DNA of 32,000 bases, taken from positions 1 through 32,000 of the forward strand of contig FR903525.1 of NCBI GenBank assembly GCA_000438075.1, given 5' to 3'. Made by a program: the position numbers and the translations under genes. Source of the DNA: Clostridium sp. CAG:609 (GTDB lineage: Bacteria; Bacillota_I; Bacilli_A; RF39; UBA660). The notes beneath the pieces were generated by a model. The model saw only the letters and a list, made by a program, of their open reading frames with translations, had not been told where the DNA came from and did not search any database. Positions 1 through 8,163 of this stretch are shown piece after piece (positions within the stretch are counted from its first letter, which is position 1; every line of letters begins with the position of its first letter).

Positions 1-40
1 CCTCTATTCTTGAAGCCTCTATTCTTGAAGCCTCTATTCT
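1..40. repeat. 15-bp tandem repeat (cctctattcttgaag, about 2.7 copies) running off the left window edge
   Basis: Read directly: cctctattcttgaag / cctctattcttgaag / cctctattct at 1..40. The array may continue upstream of the window. Confidence 0.8.
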
Positions 41-425
41 ATAAAAATTTTACCATTTATTATTTTACTTTGCAATAGTTTTTTAAACTTTTTTCTGAAA
101 TGAAACATTATTAAATAAAAAATTACTATTACCATAAAACATGTTGAACTTCCTAATTTTTACAGTTAGTCCTATTTTATATATTAATCCAGCCCTCAGT
201 CTATAAGATTTTTATGTTGTGTTATATCTTGACTTTGACAGCAAAAATGAGCAAATCATTATATTTACAAGAAATGCCTGTTTTTTAAATGATTTTGTTA
301 TTCCAATCACTAATACCATTACAAATATTGTTTATAACAAACTTATTAATATTATTTTATTACGTTTATTCATGCATTCACCTTCTAGTATGATTAAATT
401 ATATCATATGAAGTGAAATTTGTAA

Positions 426-1115
426 TTATTTTTTATACATATCATAAATTAAATTAGCTATTTGTTCATGAGCTTTATAATTTAAGTAATAACTATTATC
501 TTCTAGGTAATAGTCTTTTTTTAGTGATAAAGCTAAGATATCTAGAAAATTTATATTATATTTACCACATAATAATTTTAATTTGGAATTTACTTCCACA
601 ACGTCACTTTTTTTAAAGTTGACAGCTGGGTATAACCCAATAAAGATTATATCTTTTTGATAGAATTCTCTGATAGATGAAAATAAAATATTTATTTCAT
701 CTATATAAGAATCTATCATGTCTTTATTTATTTTTTCTAATATAGATTTTTCTGCAAATTCATTTAAACCAATTGATATAGTTATTAAATCTGCTTTAGC
801 AAGTACTTGTTTTATAGGTAAACCAGTTAATTTACCTTTTTTATTATTAGATATTATTTCATTTAACATATGAATAGTTAAATGTTCTTCGGTAAATTCA
901 TGGTTATAATCATCTAGGTTATTATCCTTAAGATATAATTCTTTTAGATAATCATTATAACTCATACCTGCGACATTATATGGAGTCATACCTTCACTAA
1001 AGCCATCTCCGAGTGCCACTATTGATGTTTTTGATGTTACTTTTAAACTATTAATAATAATTGTTAAGATAATACCAATACAAATGATTATAATTAACTT
1101 ATATCTTCTTTTCAT
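426..1115 (-). CDS. membrane-anchored SGNH/GDSL-like hydrolase (229 aa)
   Basis: ORF 426..1166. Start moved to ATG 1115, which follows a GGAGGAAC RBS. N-terminal hydrophobic anchor KLIIIICIGIILTIII. Block I-like VALGDGFSEG (GDG rather than GDS), block III-like ISIGLNEF, and a C-terminal ...YKAHEQIA resembling block V. Confidence 0.55.
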   Translation of the reverse strand: MKRRYKLIIIICIGIILTIIINSLKVTSKTSIVALGDGFSEGMTPYNVAGMSYNDYLKELYLKDNNLDDYNHEFTEEHLTIHMLNEIISNNKKGKLTGLPIKQVLAKADLITISIGLNEFAEKSILEKINKDMIDSYIDEINILFSSIREFYQKDIIFIGLYPAVNFKKSDVVEVNSKLKLLCGKYNINFLDILALSLKKDYYLEDNSYYLNYKAHEQIANLIYDMYKK

Positions 1116-1155
1116 GGTTCCTCCGCAAATAAAAATGTAAAGATTTCTCTTTACA

Positions 1156-2409
1156 TTATATTTCAACTATCTTAATATTAGCACCAACTTTTGAAAGTTT
1201 GTTGATAATTCTCTCATAACCTCTTAATATATAATCTGCATTATTGATAATAGTTGTTCCATCTGCAATTAAACCTGCGGTTACTAAGGCAGCACCTGCT
1301 CTTAAATCTGTTGCCGATATTTCTGTGCCATGTAATTTTGTTGGCCCAGTAATTTTTGCACGCATACCAGATTCTGCAATATTAGCACCCATCATATTTA
1401 AATATTTTACGTGACCCATTCTATTTTCCCAGATTGTTTCTTCAAAAAGTGAAGTACCTTCGGCTTGTGTTAATAACACAGATATTGGTTGACCTAAGTC
1501 AGTTGGAAAACCTGGGTATTCACTAGTTCTTACATTAGTTGGTAATAATCTATCTATTTTATTCAATATTATTTTATGGTTCTTAATTTCAAAACTTACA
1601 CCCATTTCTTGTAGTTTATTTAAAAGTAATATATTATGTTCTGGTACCATTCCATCTATTTCTAGATTATCTCCGAGTAAGGCTCCCATTATAATGTATG
1701 TACCTGCTTCAATACGGTCTGGTATTACTTTAACTTCTGCACTATGAAGTTTTGGGACTCCTTCAATTGTTATTTTTTCGGTTCCTGCTCCTTTTATTTT
1801 AGCACCCATGTTATTAAGTAATTGTGTAATATTAGATATTTCTGCTTCTCTGGCTGCATTATTTATTGTAGTTATTCCTTTTGCCATTGATGCTGCAAAC
1901 ATGATGTTTATTGTTGCACCAACTGATGCAAAATCTAAGTATATGTCTGCACCTTTTAATTCATCTGCAGTTATTATATATTTTGATTCTTCTTTAATTA
2001 CTTTAGCACCAAGACTTTCAAAGCCTTTTAAATGTAAATTAATGGGACGTGTTCCTATATTACATCCACCTGGAAAATACATTTCTACATGTTTAAATCT
2101 TGCAAGTAGGGCTCCCATAAAATAATATGATGCTCTTAATCTATTACTTAATTCTTCTGTTATTAATTTGTTATTTAAATTGCTTGCATCAATAGTCATG
2201 CTATCTTTTTCTGTTTTTACTGATACATTTAAATGTTTTAATATATCGACTAATGCATCTTTATCAGATATATTTGGAACATTATTTATATGGACTATTC
2301 CATCTGCCATTATAGATGCTGGTATTAATGCAACAACGCTATTTTTTGCTCCACCAATTTTAATTTTTCCACTTAAAGGTCTATTACCCTCAATAATAAT
2401 TCTTTTCAA
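1156..2409 (-). CDS. murA: UDP-N-acetylglucosamine 1-carboxyvinyltransferase
   Basis: About 417-aa ORF with KRIIIEGNRPLSGKIKIGGAKNSVVALIPA at the N-terminus, the catalytic-loop motif FPGGCNIGTRPINLH, and full MurA length. The track start is GTG 2418; TTG 2409 sits better behind the AAGAGGTG RBS. Confidence 0.93.
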   Translation of the reverse strand: MKRIIIEGNRPLSGKIKIGGAKNSVVALIPASIMADGIVHINNVPNISDKDALVDILKHLNVSVKTEKDSMTIDASNLNNKLITEELSNRLRASYYFMGALLARFKHVEMYFPGGCNIGTRPINLHLKGFESLGAKVIKEESKYIITADELKGADIYLDFASVGATINIMFAASMAKGITTINNAAREAEISNITQLLNNMGAKIKGAGTEKITIEGVPKLHSAEVKVIPDRIEAGTYIIMGALLGDNLEIDGMVPEHNILLLNKLQEMGVSFEIKNHKIILNKIDRLLPTNVRTSEYPGFPTDLGQPISVLLTQAEGTSLFEETIWENRMGHVKYLNMMGANIAESGMRAKITGPTKLHGTEISATDLRAGAALVTAGLIADGTTIINNADYILRGYERIINKLSKVGANIKIVEI

Positions 2410-2439
2410 AATTCCCACCTCTTTAAATTTTATGGTAAT

Positions 2440-2835
2440 TTATTGTTCTTTACCACAATTTTTACAAAACCTAGAGTCACTTTCTATGGAAGCACCACAA
2501 TATCTGCAATATATTTTATTACTTGTTAATCCATCTTTTATAGCTCTAGCTGTTACTTCAATACCTTCTTTTTTAATATTTGCTTTCCTTCTTTCGTTGT
2601 TAGACATTATATCTTCATTTTCATCAAGTATCTCTTTTTCAGCTATAGTCCCTGTTTTAGCAGTTGTCTTCATTAATTCTTTTAAATCATCTTTACTATA
2701 ATCCATCATATGTTTTACTGACTTTATTTGTTTACTCATCATTTTTCCTTGAACTCTTGGACTAAATAAAGATAATATAACAAAGATAATAATTGAACAA
2801 GCTAATACAGCTATAACTATTATTGCAATCATCAT
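2440..2835 (-). CDS. single-pass membrane protein with C-terminal zinc-ribbon (CxxC...CxxC)
   Basis: ORF 2440..2883. Likely start is ATG 2835 (MMIAIIVIAVLACSIIIFVILSL transmembrane helix) downstream of AGGAAGTGA. C-terminus CRYCGASIESDSRFCKNCG. Confidence 0.6.
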   Translation of the reverse strand: MMIAIIVIAVLACSIIIFVILSLFSPRVQGKMMSKQIKSVKHMMDYSKDDLKELMKTTAKTGTIAEKEILDENEDIMSNNERRKANIKKEGIEVTARAIKDGLTSNKIYCRYCGASIESDSRFCKNCGKEQ

Positions 2836-2914
2836 TGTATCCGTAGTACTCACTTCCTTTTCTTGATTATAACACAATATCAATTATTTTACTATTTATT
2901 ATTGTTAATAAGTG

Positions 2915-3448
2915 TCAAATAAGGTAGAATATGCCAAGGATGAGTAATAAAAAAATACCACATAAACTTGCATATTTGCCAATTACTTTAAAAGAATACT
3001 TACCAATTAACAAACCAATTGTGGTAAAAGTAAAACTACATATTGCAAAGATAAAACTTGCTAAATAATGTTTAGTTGTAATATCACTAATACCAAGACC
3101 TACTGTAAAAGAATCTATTGATACACTAAATGCAAGAAATAATACACTTAATAAATTTAGATTTAGATTTACATTTTCTTCTTTATAGTAATGAATTGCT
3201 AGATTAACTGCTAGAGTAATTAATACTAAACCAAGTACAATATTACTTGCAATATTAAATGTATTCATTATAGTTATACCAAGTATGTTTCCAAACAATG
3301 GCATAAAAAAGTGAAATATACCTACAAGAAATGGAAATACTTTTAGATATTTACTAGTTTTAGATACAGAGCCAAGACTTAATGATAAAGAAAATGTGTC
3401 CATAGATAAAGATACTCCGATTAATAACAATGATATAAACTCTTGCAT
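2915..3448 (-). CDS. mntP: MntP/DUF204-family manganese efflux pump-like membrane protein
   Basis: 177 aa, multi-pass and hydrophobic. Duplicated SMDTFSLSL / SVSIDSFTVGL motifs are typical of the two DUF204 repeats. YtaF-type sporulation paralogs share this fold, so the symbol is tentative. Confidence 0.65.
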   Translation of the reverse strand: MQEFISLLLIGVSLSMDTFSLSLSLGSVSKTSKYLKVFPFLVGIFHFFMPLFGNILGITIMNTFNIASNIVLGLVLITLAVNLAIHYYKEENVNLNLNLLSVLFLAFSVSIDSFTVGLGISDITTKHYLASFIFAICSFTFTTIGLLIGKYSFKVIGKYASLCGIFLLLILGIFYLI

Positions 3449-3487
3449 GCAATCACCATTTTAATTATATGTTATTTATTATGTTAA

Positions 3488-4420
3488 TTAATCTAATTTT
3501 TTGAATATATTTAATAACTTCATCAGATTTTTTCTTGCTTCTTCAATTGTTATAATTGCATCCAAGTCTAAAACATAGAGTCCTTGCATGTTATTAAATG
3601 AATCTATAAATTCTTTATCAAAACATGCTTTCATATACTCAAAATTTTTTATTTTTTTGTTTTCTTCTATTCCTCCAATTCTCTGACGTTCTTCTTCTCT
3701 TTTATAATTTATTAATTTTAATAGTTTATTTTTATTTTTTAATAAGTTAACTATATTTTCATTATTTGATAAAATTGTTATATCATATAAGTGTTTAACA
3801 GCATCTTTATAGTTATGTCTTATGTAGTAAAATTCACAAGCAAAGATTTTATCAACAAATATTCTTTCCAATTCTATCATTTGTATGTTAAATCCGCTTA
3901 TATCAAAATTTCTTTTTAATATTTCTTTTTCGTCTTCCGTGGCATATTTATAAACTAATGGTTCTATATAGTATGTTTTTACCGGTTCAGACACAGTAAA
4001 CGATGTCGCTTCAATTTGTATTTCTCCAGATTTATATAAATCTTTTGTGTTAAAAACACTGTCGTACTTATAAAATGATGTTATACTTCCTTTTTTATCT
4101 ATGGTTTTATCTTTAATTAATTCTAGCCCATCTATTTTATAATTTAACGCAGATTTTTTTAATCTATTTTTATTACTATTTTTGGAGTCATCTTTAATTA
4201 CTTTTACTGTTAAATCTATATCTTCTGAAAATCTTTTCATTACATTTAACGTTTTATATACTGCTGTTCCACCTTTAAAATATGCAAAATATTCTTTTTG
4301 TTTTGAAGCAAGTTCCTTTAGTATTAGACAAACATAATAATCCTTTTCTATTATGTCACCTCTTATTTTGCTTCTTTCGCTTGTAATGTATATCAAATCT
4401 TCTAATAGTTCCTTATTCAT
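3488..4420 (-). CDS. abiEii: AbiEii/AbiGii-family nucleotidyltransferase toxin (type IV TA / abortive infection)
   Basis: 310 aa. N-terminal EKDYYVC motif, then the pol-beta NTase signature FKGGTAVYKTLNVMKRFSEDIDL (GG[ST]...x13...SxDxD). Overlaps the upstream partner gene by 8 nt. Confidence 0.8.
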   Translation of the reverse strand: MNKELLEDLIYITSERSKIRGDIIEKDYYVCLILKELASKQKEYFAYFKGGTAVYKTLNVMKRFSEDIDLTVKVIKDDSKNSNKNRLKKSALNYKIDGLELIKDKTIDKKGSITSFYKYDSVFNTKDLYKSGEIQIEATSFTVSEPVKTYYIEPLVYKYATEDEKEILKRNFDISGFNIQMIELERIFVDKIFACEFYYIRHNYKDAVKHLYDITILSNNENIVNLLKNKNKLLKLINYKREEERQRIGGIEENKKIKNFEYMKACFDKEFIDSFNNMQGLYVLDLDAIITIEEARKNLMKLLNIFKKLD

Positions 4421-5063
4421 TTTTTCCCCCTAATTCATACAGTTTTTTAATCGGTTTTATATTTCCAATCTTATTTGCATATTCAAATATTTTTTCAAAA
4501 TCCAAATTATTATCTTTAATAAACTTGTATATGATTTCTCTTTCATTTTCTGCTTCTATTGGAACATTATCTTTGTTGAGAAGAATATCTAATAGTTGTA
4601 AATATAAATAATTATCTTTATTTATTTCTACTTTTGGTTTTCTTATTAAAACGCCAAGTTTTTCGTTATAATAGTCATTTTTATTTGGACATTCATTGGT
4701 AACTATAGTAATAACTCTAGGCATTTGAGTTGTTAATCCCAATTTATTAAAAACGTATGCACCACTTATATAACCTTTTAAATTTCTGTTATCATTAATA
4801 TATTTTTTGCTAATAACTTTATTAACATTTAGTTTTTTATTTCCGTATATACCTTTTGTAGGTTTATAATAAACTCCTTTCATGAATTGAAGTATTACTT
4901 TTTCTTTTACTAGTCTATTAATATACACATAAATTTTCTTTATAATTTTTCTTATATCACATTTTAATTCATTTACAAAATATTCTTTTATGTCTTCAAT
5001 AAATATTGGTTCATCATATGGACATAAATTTATATAATTTGTTAATACTTGATTATAATTCAT
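4413..5063 (-). CDS. abiEi: AbiEi-like / DUF6088-like antitoxin-transcriptional regulator (putative)
   Basis: 216 aa, immediately upstream of the AbiEii gene and overlapping it. N-terminal ...FIEDIKEYF...INRLVKEKVILQFMKGVYYKP resembles the winged-helix region of AbiEi/DUF6088 proteins. GGAGGAAATATG RBS. Confidence 0.55.
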   Translation of the reverse strand: MNYNQVLTNYINLCPYDEPIFIEDIKEYFVNELKCDIRKIIKKIYVYINRLVKEKVILQFMKGVYYKPTKGIYGNKKLNVNKVISKKYINDNRNLKGYISGAYVFNKLGLTTQMPRVITIVTNECPNKNDYYNEKLGVLIRKPKVEINKDNYLYLQLLDILLNKDNVPIEAENEREIIYKFIKDNNLDFEKIFEYANKIGNIKPIKKLYELGGKNE

Positions 5064-5235
5064 ATTTCCTCCTTGTTATCTTTTTATTATTTTTTCTTCT
5101 TTTTTTCATATTTCAATAACATTATAACTTAAATTTTTGATTCTGTCAATAAACACATCTGCGTTTTTATGTTATTAGCTTGTGAATAACTTATATTATT
5201 TTCATAATTTAATAATATTGTAAAATACTACACTA

Positions 5236-5264
5236 AAATAAGCAAGATGTTATCTCGCTTATTT
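5236..5264 (-). terminator. hairpin overlapping the spoIIR stop codon (possible terminator)
   Basis: aaataagcaagat-gtt-atctcgcttattt forms a 13-bp stem with one mismatch. The trailing U-tract is poor. Confidence 0.35.
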
Positions 5265-5769
5265 AGTTACTTTTTGCTATTAATTCTTTTATGTATGAAG
5301 TGTAAGTTATTTCATCATAATCTTCTTCACTTGCTTCAATTAAACATAATGGTGGAAATAATACACACCACCAATTATCACCTAAACCATCACCCAATGT
5401 TACTACTAATGATTCATAATCTCCACTTTTATAAGTTACTCCCTTATATGTTTTTTCTGGAAAATGATTTATACCATAATTAACATTATAATTTGTATTA
5501 TACTTATAAATTATATTGTTAATATTTTTTATATTACTCTTTATATTTAATCTACTTTCTTCGATATTATTTGATTTATTTAATATATCACTTATAACAG
5601 GCTCTAATTCATTTTTTATTCTTATTTTTTCTTCTTGATCAGATAAGTTATTACTATTTGCAATTATTCTAAATCTAATTGCATTATCTGGTATTATTAC
5701 TTTTTCTTCACTTGTTGAAAATATAACTAATAATGTTATTATGAATAAAACTATTACTATTTTTTTCAA
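5263..5769 (-). CDS. spoIIR: stage II sporulation protein R
   Basis: 168 aa with a signal anchor. RFRIIANSNNLSDQEEKIRIKNEL and the hallmark GDNWWCVLFPPLCL motif. Confidence 0.85.
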   Translation of the reverse strand: MKKIVIVLFIITLLVIFSTSEEKVIIPDNAIRFRIIANSNNLSDQEEKIRIKNELEPVISDILNKSNNIEESRLNIKSNIKNINNIIYKYNTNYNVNYGINHFPEKTYKGVTYKSGDYESLVVTLGDGLGDNWWCVLFPPLCLIEASEEDYDEITYTSYIKELIAKSN

Positions 5770-5810
5770 ATTTTATCACCTGTATAGATAATGGGTGAAA
5801 CCCATATGTC

Positions 5811-6530
5811 TTATTCATAAAATATAAATAAATATCTATCTAAACCTTGTAAATCTTTTTCAAAACTATATTTTAGGTTTAATTTGTCTACTAGAGGTTC
5901 TAGAGACTTTCTTTGATTATCTCCGGTTTCTAATGCTATTAAACCTGGTTTATTTAAGTTTTTTAAATGATTATTTAAAATATACTTGTAGAAGTATAGA
6001 CCATTATCATTTGCATATAAAGCAAGGGGTGGTTCATTATTCTTTACTATTTCTTGAACATATCCATCATACGGAATATATGGTGGGTTTGATATAATTA
6101 TATCATAGTTATTTTTTAGTGGTTCTGTCATACTTTGATTAACAAATGTAATATCTGTGTTATTAAGTATAGCATTTTGTTTTGCGACTTCTAGTGCATC
6201 ACTAGAGATATCTAATGCCGTTATGTTTGCATTTAGATTTTTTTTAAGTGCTATAGCAATACATCCTGAACCCGTTCCTAAGTCAATTATATTTATTGTT
6301 TTATTAAATATATTGGATGCATATTTTATTGTTTTATCAACTAAGTATTCTGTTTCAAATCTTGGTATTAGTACTCTTTTATCTATGGTAATTGTTGTAT
6401 TTAAAAATTCAACATTACCAATTAAGTACTGGGGTGATACCCCAGTAGATAATAAATGATTTAATTCTTCTTTAGAATATTTACTTGTTAATATATCCCA
6501 ATCGGGTTTACTTATATAATCTGGTTTCAT
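5811..6530 (-). CDS. prmC: release-factor glutamine N5-methyltransferase, with a short N-terminal domain
   Basis: SPQYLIGNVEF, VLIPRFETEYLV, the SAM motif DLGTGSGCIAIAL, and the catalytic NPPY (IISNPPYI). Start chosen at ATG 6530, behind AGAAGGG that begins right after the upstream stop codon. The track ORF extends to 6569. Confidence 0.9.
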   Translation of the reverse strand: MKPDYISKPDWDILTSKYSKEELNHLLSTGVSPQYLIGNVEFLNTTITIDKRVLIPRFETEYLVDKTIKYASNIFNKTINIIDLGTGSGCIAIALKKNLNANITALDISSDALEVAKQNAILNNTDITFVNQSMTEPLKNNYDIIISNPPYIPYDGYVQEIVKNNEPPLALYANDNGLYFYKYILNNHLKNLNKPGLIALETGDNQRKSLEPLVDKLNLKYSFEKDLQGLDRYLFIFYE

Positions 6531-6543
6531 TATTTTCCCTTCT

Positions 6544-7758
6544 TTATCTGGATCTTCCTTGAAGTTCATTTGTATACAATTTATCTAAATCTTGTGGCGA
6601 AATATATATTACTTTGCCACCTTTAGGTCTTATTTTTTCAAAACCAAAAACTATCCATATAGCATCAATTGGAGTATCAGGCATTTGAGCATGTCCATCA
6701 GTAAATATTATTTTGTTTTCTACTCTTTTAGTAAATGAATTAACTGCGATATTAAAGTCAGTTCCTCCGCCACCTTCAAATTGCATGTTTTCTATATCTT
6801 GTTCTGTTCTTATTTCATTAAAACCATAAAATTTTGTATCAAAACAACCTACTTTTAATCTAGAAGTATGTAATATATTTTTGCATTCACGAAGGAAACC
6901 ACGAAGTAAGAAGTCACTGATTGAACCACTTGTATCAAGTAATATTTCTGTTTCTGGATGAGGTTGTTCTTCTAGGTTAGCAGATATAACACCATCTTCA
7001 ATTTCCGCATTTTTATAAGACCAATCAGCATTATAAGTTATTGCTTCTTTTAAGATGTATCGCCAATCAACTATTGGTTTTGATTTACCTATATCATTAA
7101 TAGTTCTAATAACACTATTTGATGTTTTACCCCTTTGTGATACTTCTTTTAATATTTCTCTTTTTAACTTTTCAAGTTTTCTTTTTTTCTCAGCAAGATT
7201 TTCTTTGAATGAATCTTTTTCACCCATTTTTTTAGTTTGTTCTTGTTTTTCTTTGATTTGTTTTTCTTGTTCAGTTAAAGACGTTTCTTCTTTAAATTTT
7301 TTTATAGCATCTTTCCACATGTTGTGTGAATCGTGTCCAGCTTGTTCTTTCTTTTGTTCTTGCTCTTTGTCTTTTATTAGTTTTTCATAAAGTTCTTCGG
7401 CATCATAGTTAATTGCATCTTTGATATCAACACAACCTTCGACCATTTCTAATCCATCACGTTTTAAAAATTGGTTGATAACTCCATCAGTTGCAATATT
7501 CCAGGTGTATTCATCTTTTCCTTCACTTCTTAATATGTGATTGAATGCTACGTGACAAACTTCATGTGCAAAAACGAATGTCTGTTCAGAGACATTAAGG
7601 GAATTTAAAAAGTTTGGATTATAATAGATTGTCTTTCCATCAGTTTCTGCTGTTTTTATTGTAGTATCTTCTTTATATGAAACATTAGCTACTACACTTC
7701 CAAAGAATGGATATTTAACGAACATTTTTCTTTTTAATCTTTCAATATCGTATTTCAT
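6544..7758 (-). CDS. zincin-like metallopeptidase (HExxH) fused to a VWA domain (DUF2201_N + DUF2201-like; COG3864-like)
   Basis: 404 aa. N-terminus YPFFGSVV...FVFAHEVCHVAFNH...ATDGVIN (HExxH). K/E-rich linker. C-terminal VWA with MIDAS-like ILLDTSGSIS, GGGGTDF and IIFTDGHA. AAGGATAAATTATG RBS. Confidence 0.8.
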   Translation of the reverse strand: MKYDIERLKRKMFVKYPFFGSVVANVSYKEDTTIKTAETDGKTIYYNPNFLNSLNVSEQTFVFAHEVCHVAFNHILRSEGKDEYTWNIATDGVINQFLKRDGLEMVEGCVDIKDAINYDAEELYEKLIKDKEQEQKKEQAGHDSHNMWKDAIKKFKEETSLTEQEKQIKEKQEQTKKMGEKDSFKENLAEKKRKLEKLKREILKEVSQRGKTSNSVIRTINDIGKSKPIVDWRYILKEAITYNADWSYKNAEIEDGVISANLEEQPHPETEILLDTSGSISDFLLRGFLRECKNILHTSRLKVGCFDTKFYGFNEIRTEQDIENMQFEGGGGTDFNIAVNSFTKRVENKIIFTDGHAQMPDTPIDAIWIVFGFEKIRPKGGKVIYISPQDLDKLYTNELQGRSR

Positions 7759-7767
7759 AATTTATCC

Positions 7768-8163
7768 TTAAATACGTGCTAGTAATGAAAATATTTCTTC
7801 ATTTATTGTATCTTTATTTATATTTTTAGCAGTAACAATTATTACACAGTTATCTGGTAGATTAAATGTTGATATTTTTCTATGTTCTAAAAGTTCACTA
7901 AACTTTAGTTGTTCTTCTTTAGAGATAGAATCTATGTTATCAATTACTAATATTTTTGCATCTTTTGAGTTTAGGATTTCTCTTAGCCATTGTGGAGGTA
8001 AAAACTCTGTTTCTTCATAGTGACCATTTAAATTATTTGATGAAATTGACGCTGGTAACACTATTGCATTTTTAACATCTTTACTTGTTATAAAGTCCAC
8101 AAGTATGGGTGCTACATTTGCTTTTATATATGAAAATAATAATTCTTTTTTATCTTCTGTCAT
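7768..8163 (-). CDS. 131-aa degenerate, P-loop-less AAA+ core paralog of the upstream ATPase
   Basis: KILVIDNIDSISKEEQLKFSELLEHRKISTFNLPDNCVIIVTAKN aligns with HVLFLDEITNALPSIQGIAFNIVLDREVNGIWKLPDNARIVAAGN of the 8160..10010 product, needing one single-residue gap. AIVLPASISSNNLNG aligns with VFLHGPSSEGKS...LNG, so GK[ST] is lost. PPQWLREIL aligns with KPSWLKKL. The start ATG overlaps the upstream TGA (ATGA). Confidence 0.7.
   Translation of the reverse strand: MTEDKKELLFSYIKANVAPILVDFITSKDVKNAIVLPASISSNNLNGHYEETEFLPPQWLREILNSKDAKILVIDNIDSISKEEQLKFSELLEHRKISTFNLPDNCVIIVTAKNINKDTINEEIFSLLARI

Noticed and set aside
219-416. 65-aa plus-strand ORF in the left intergenic region
   Set aside because: No RBS and no recognisable motif. 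An ORF of this size is expected by chance in AT-rich DNA, though I cannot fully exclude a small protein.
1808-2701. Plus-strand ORFs 1808..2125 and 2168..2701, antisense to murA and the zinc-ribbon gene
   Set aside because: They are shadow ORFs inside or opposite well-supported minus-strand genes. Their translations are low-complexity and hydrophobic, as expected from AT-rich antisense frames, and they have no RBS.
3449-3487. yybP-ykoY (Mn) riboswitch upstream of the mntP-like gene
   Set aside because: Only 39 nt separate it from the preceding gene, which is too short for the riboswitch, and no conserved motif is visible.
5247-5483. 78-aa plus-strand ORF opposite spoIIR
   Set aside because: It lies antisense to a gene carrying the diagnostic SpoIIR motif, and its H/L-rich translation is implausible.
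7150-7390. K/E-rich low-complexity stretch as a separate gene or a frameshifted fusion
   Set aside because: The reading frame is continuous from the HExxH domain to the VWA domain, and such charged linkers are usual between these two domains.
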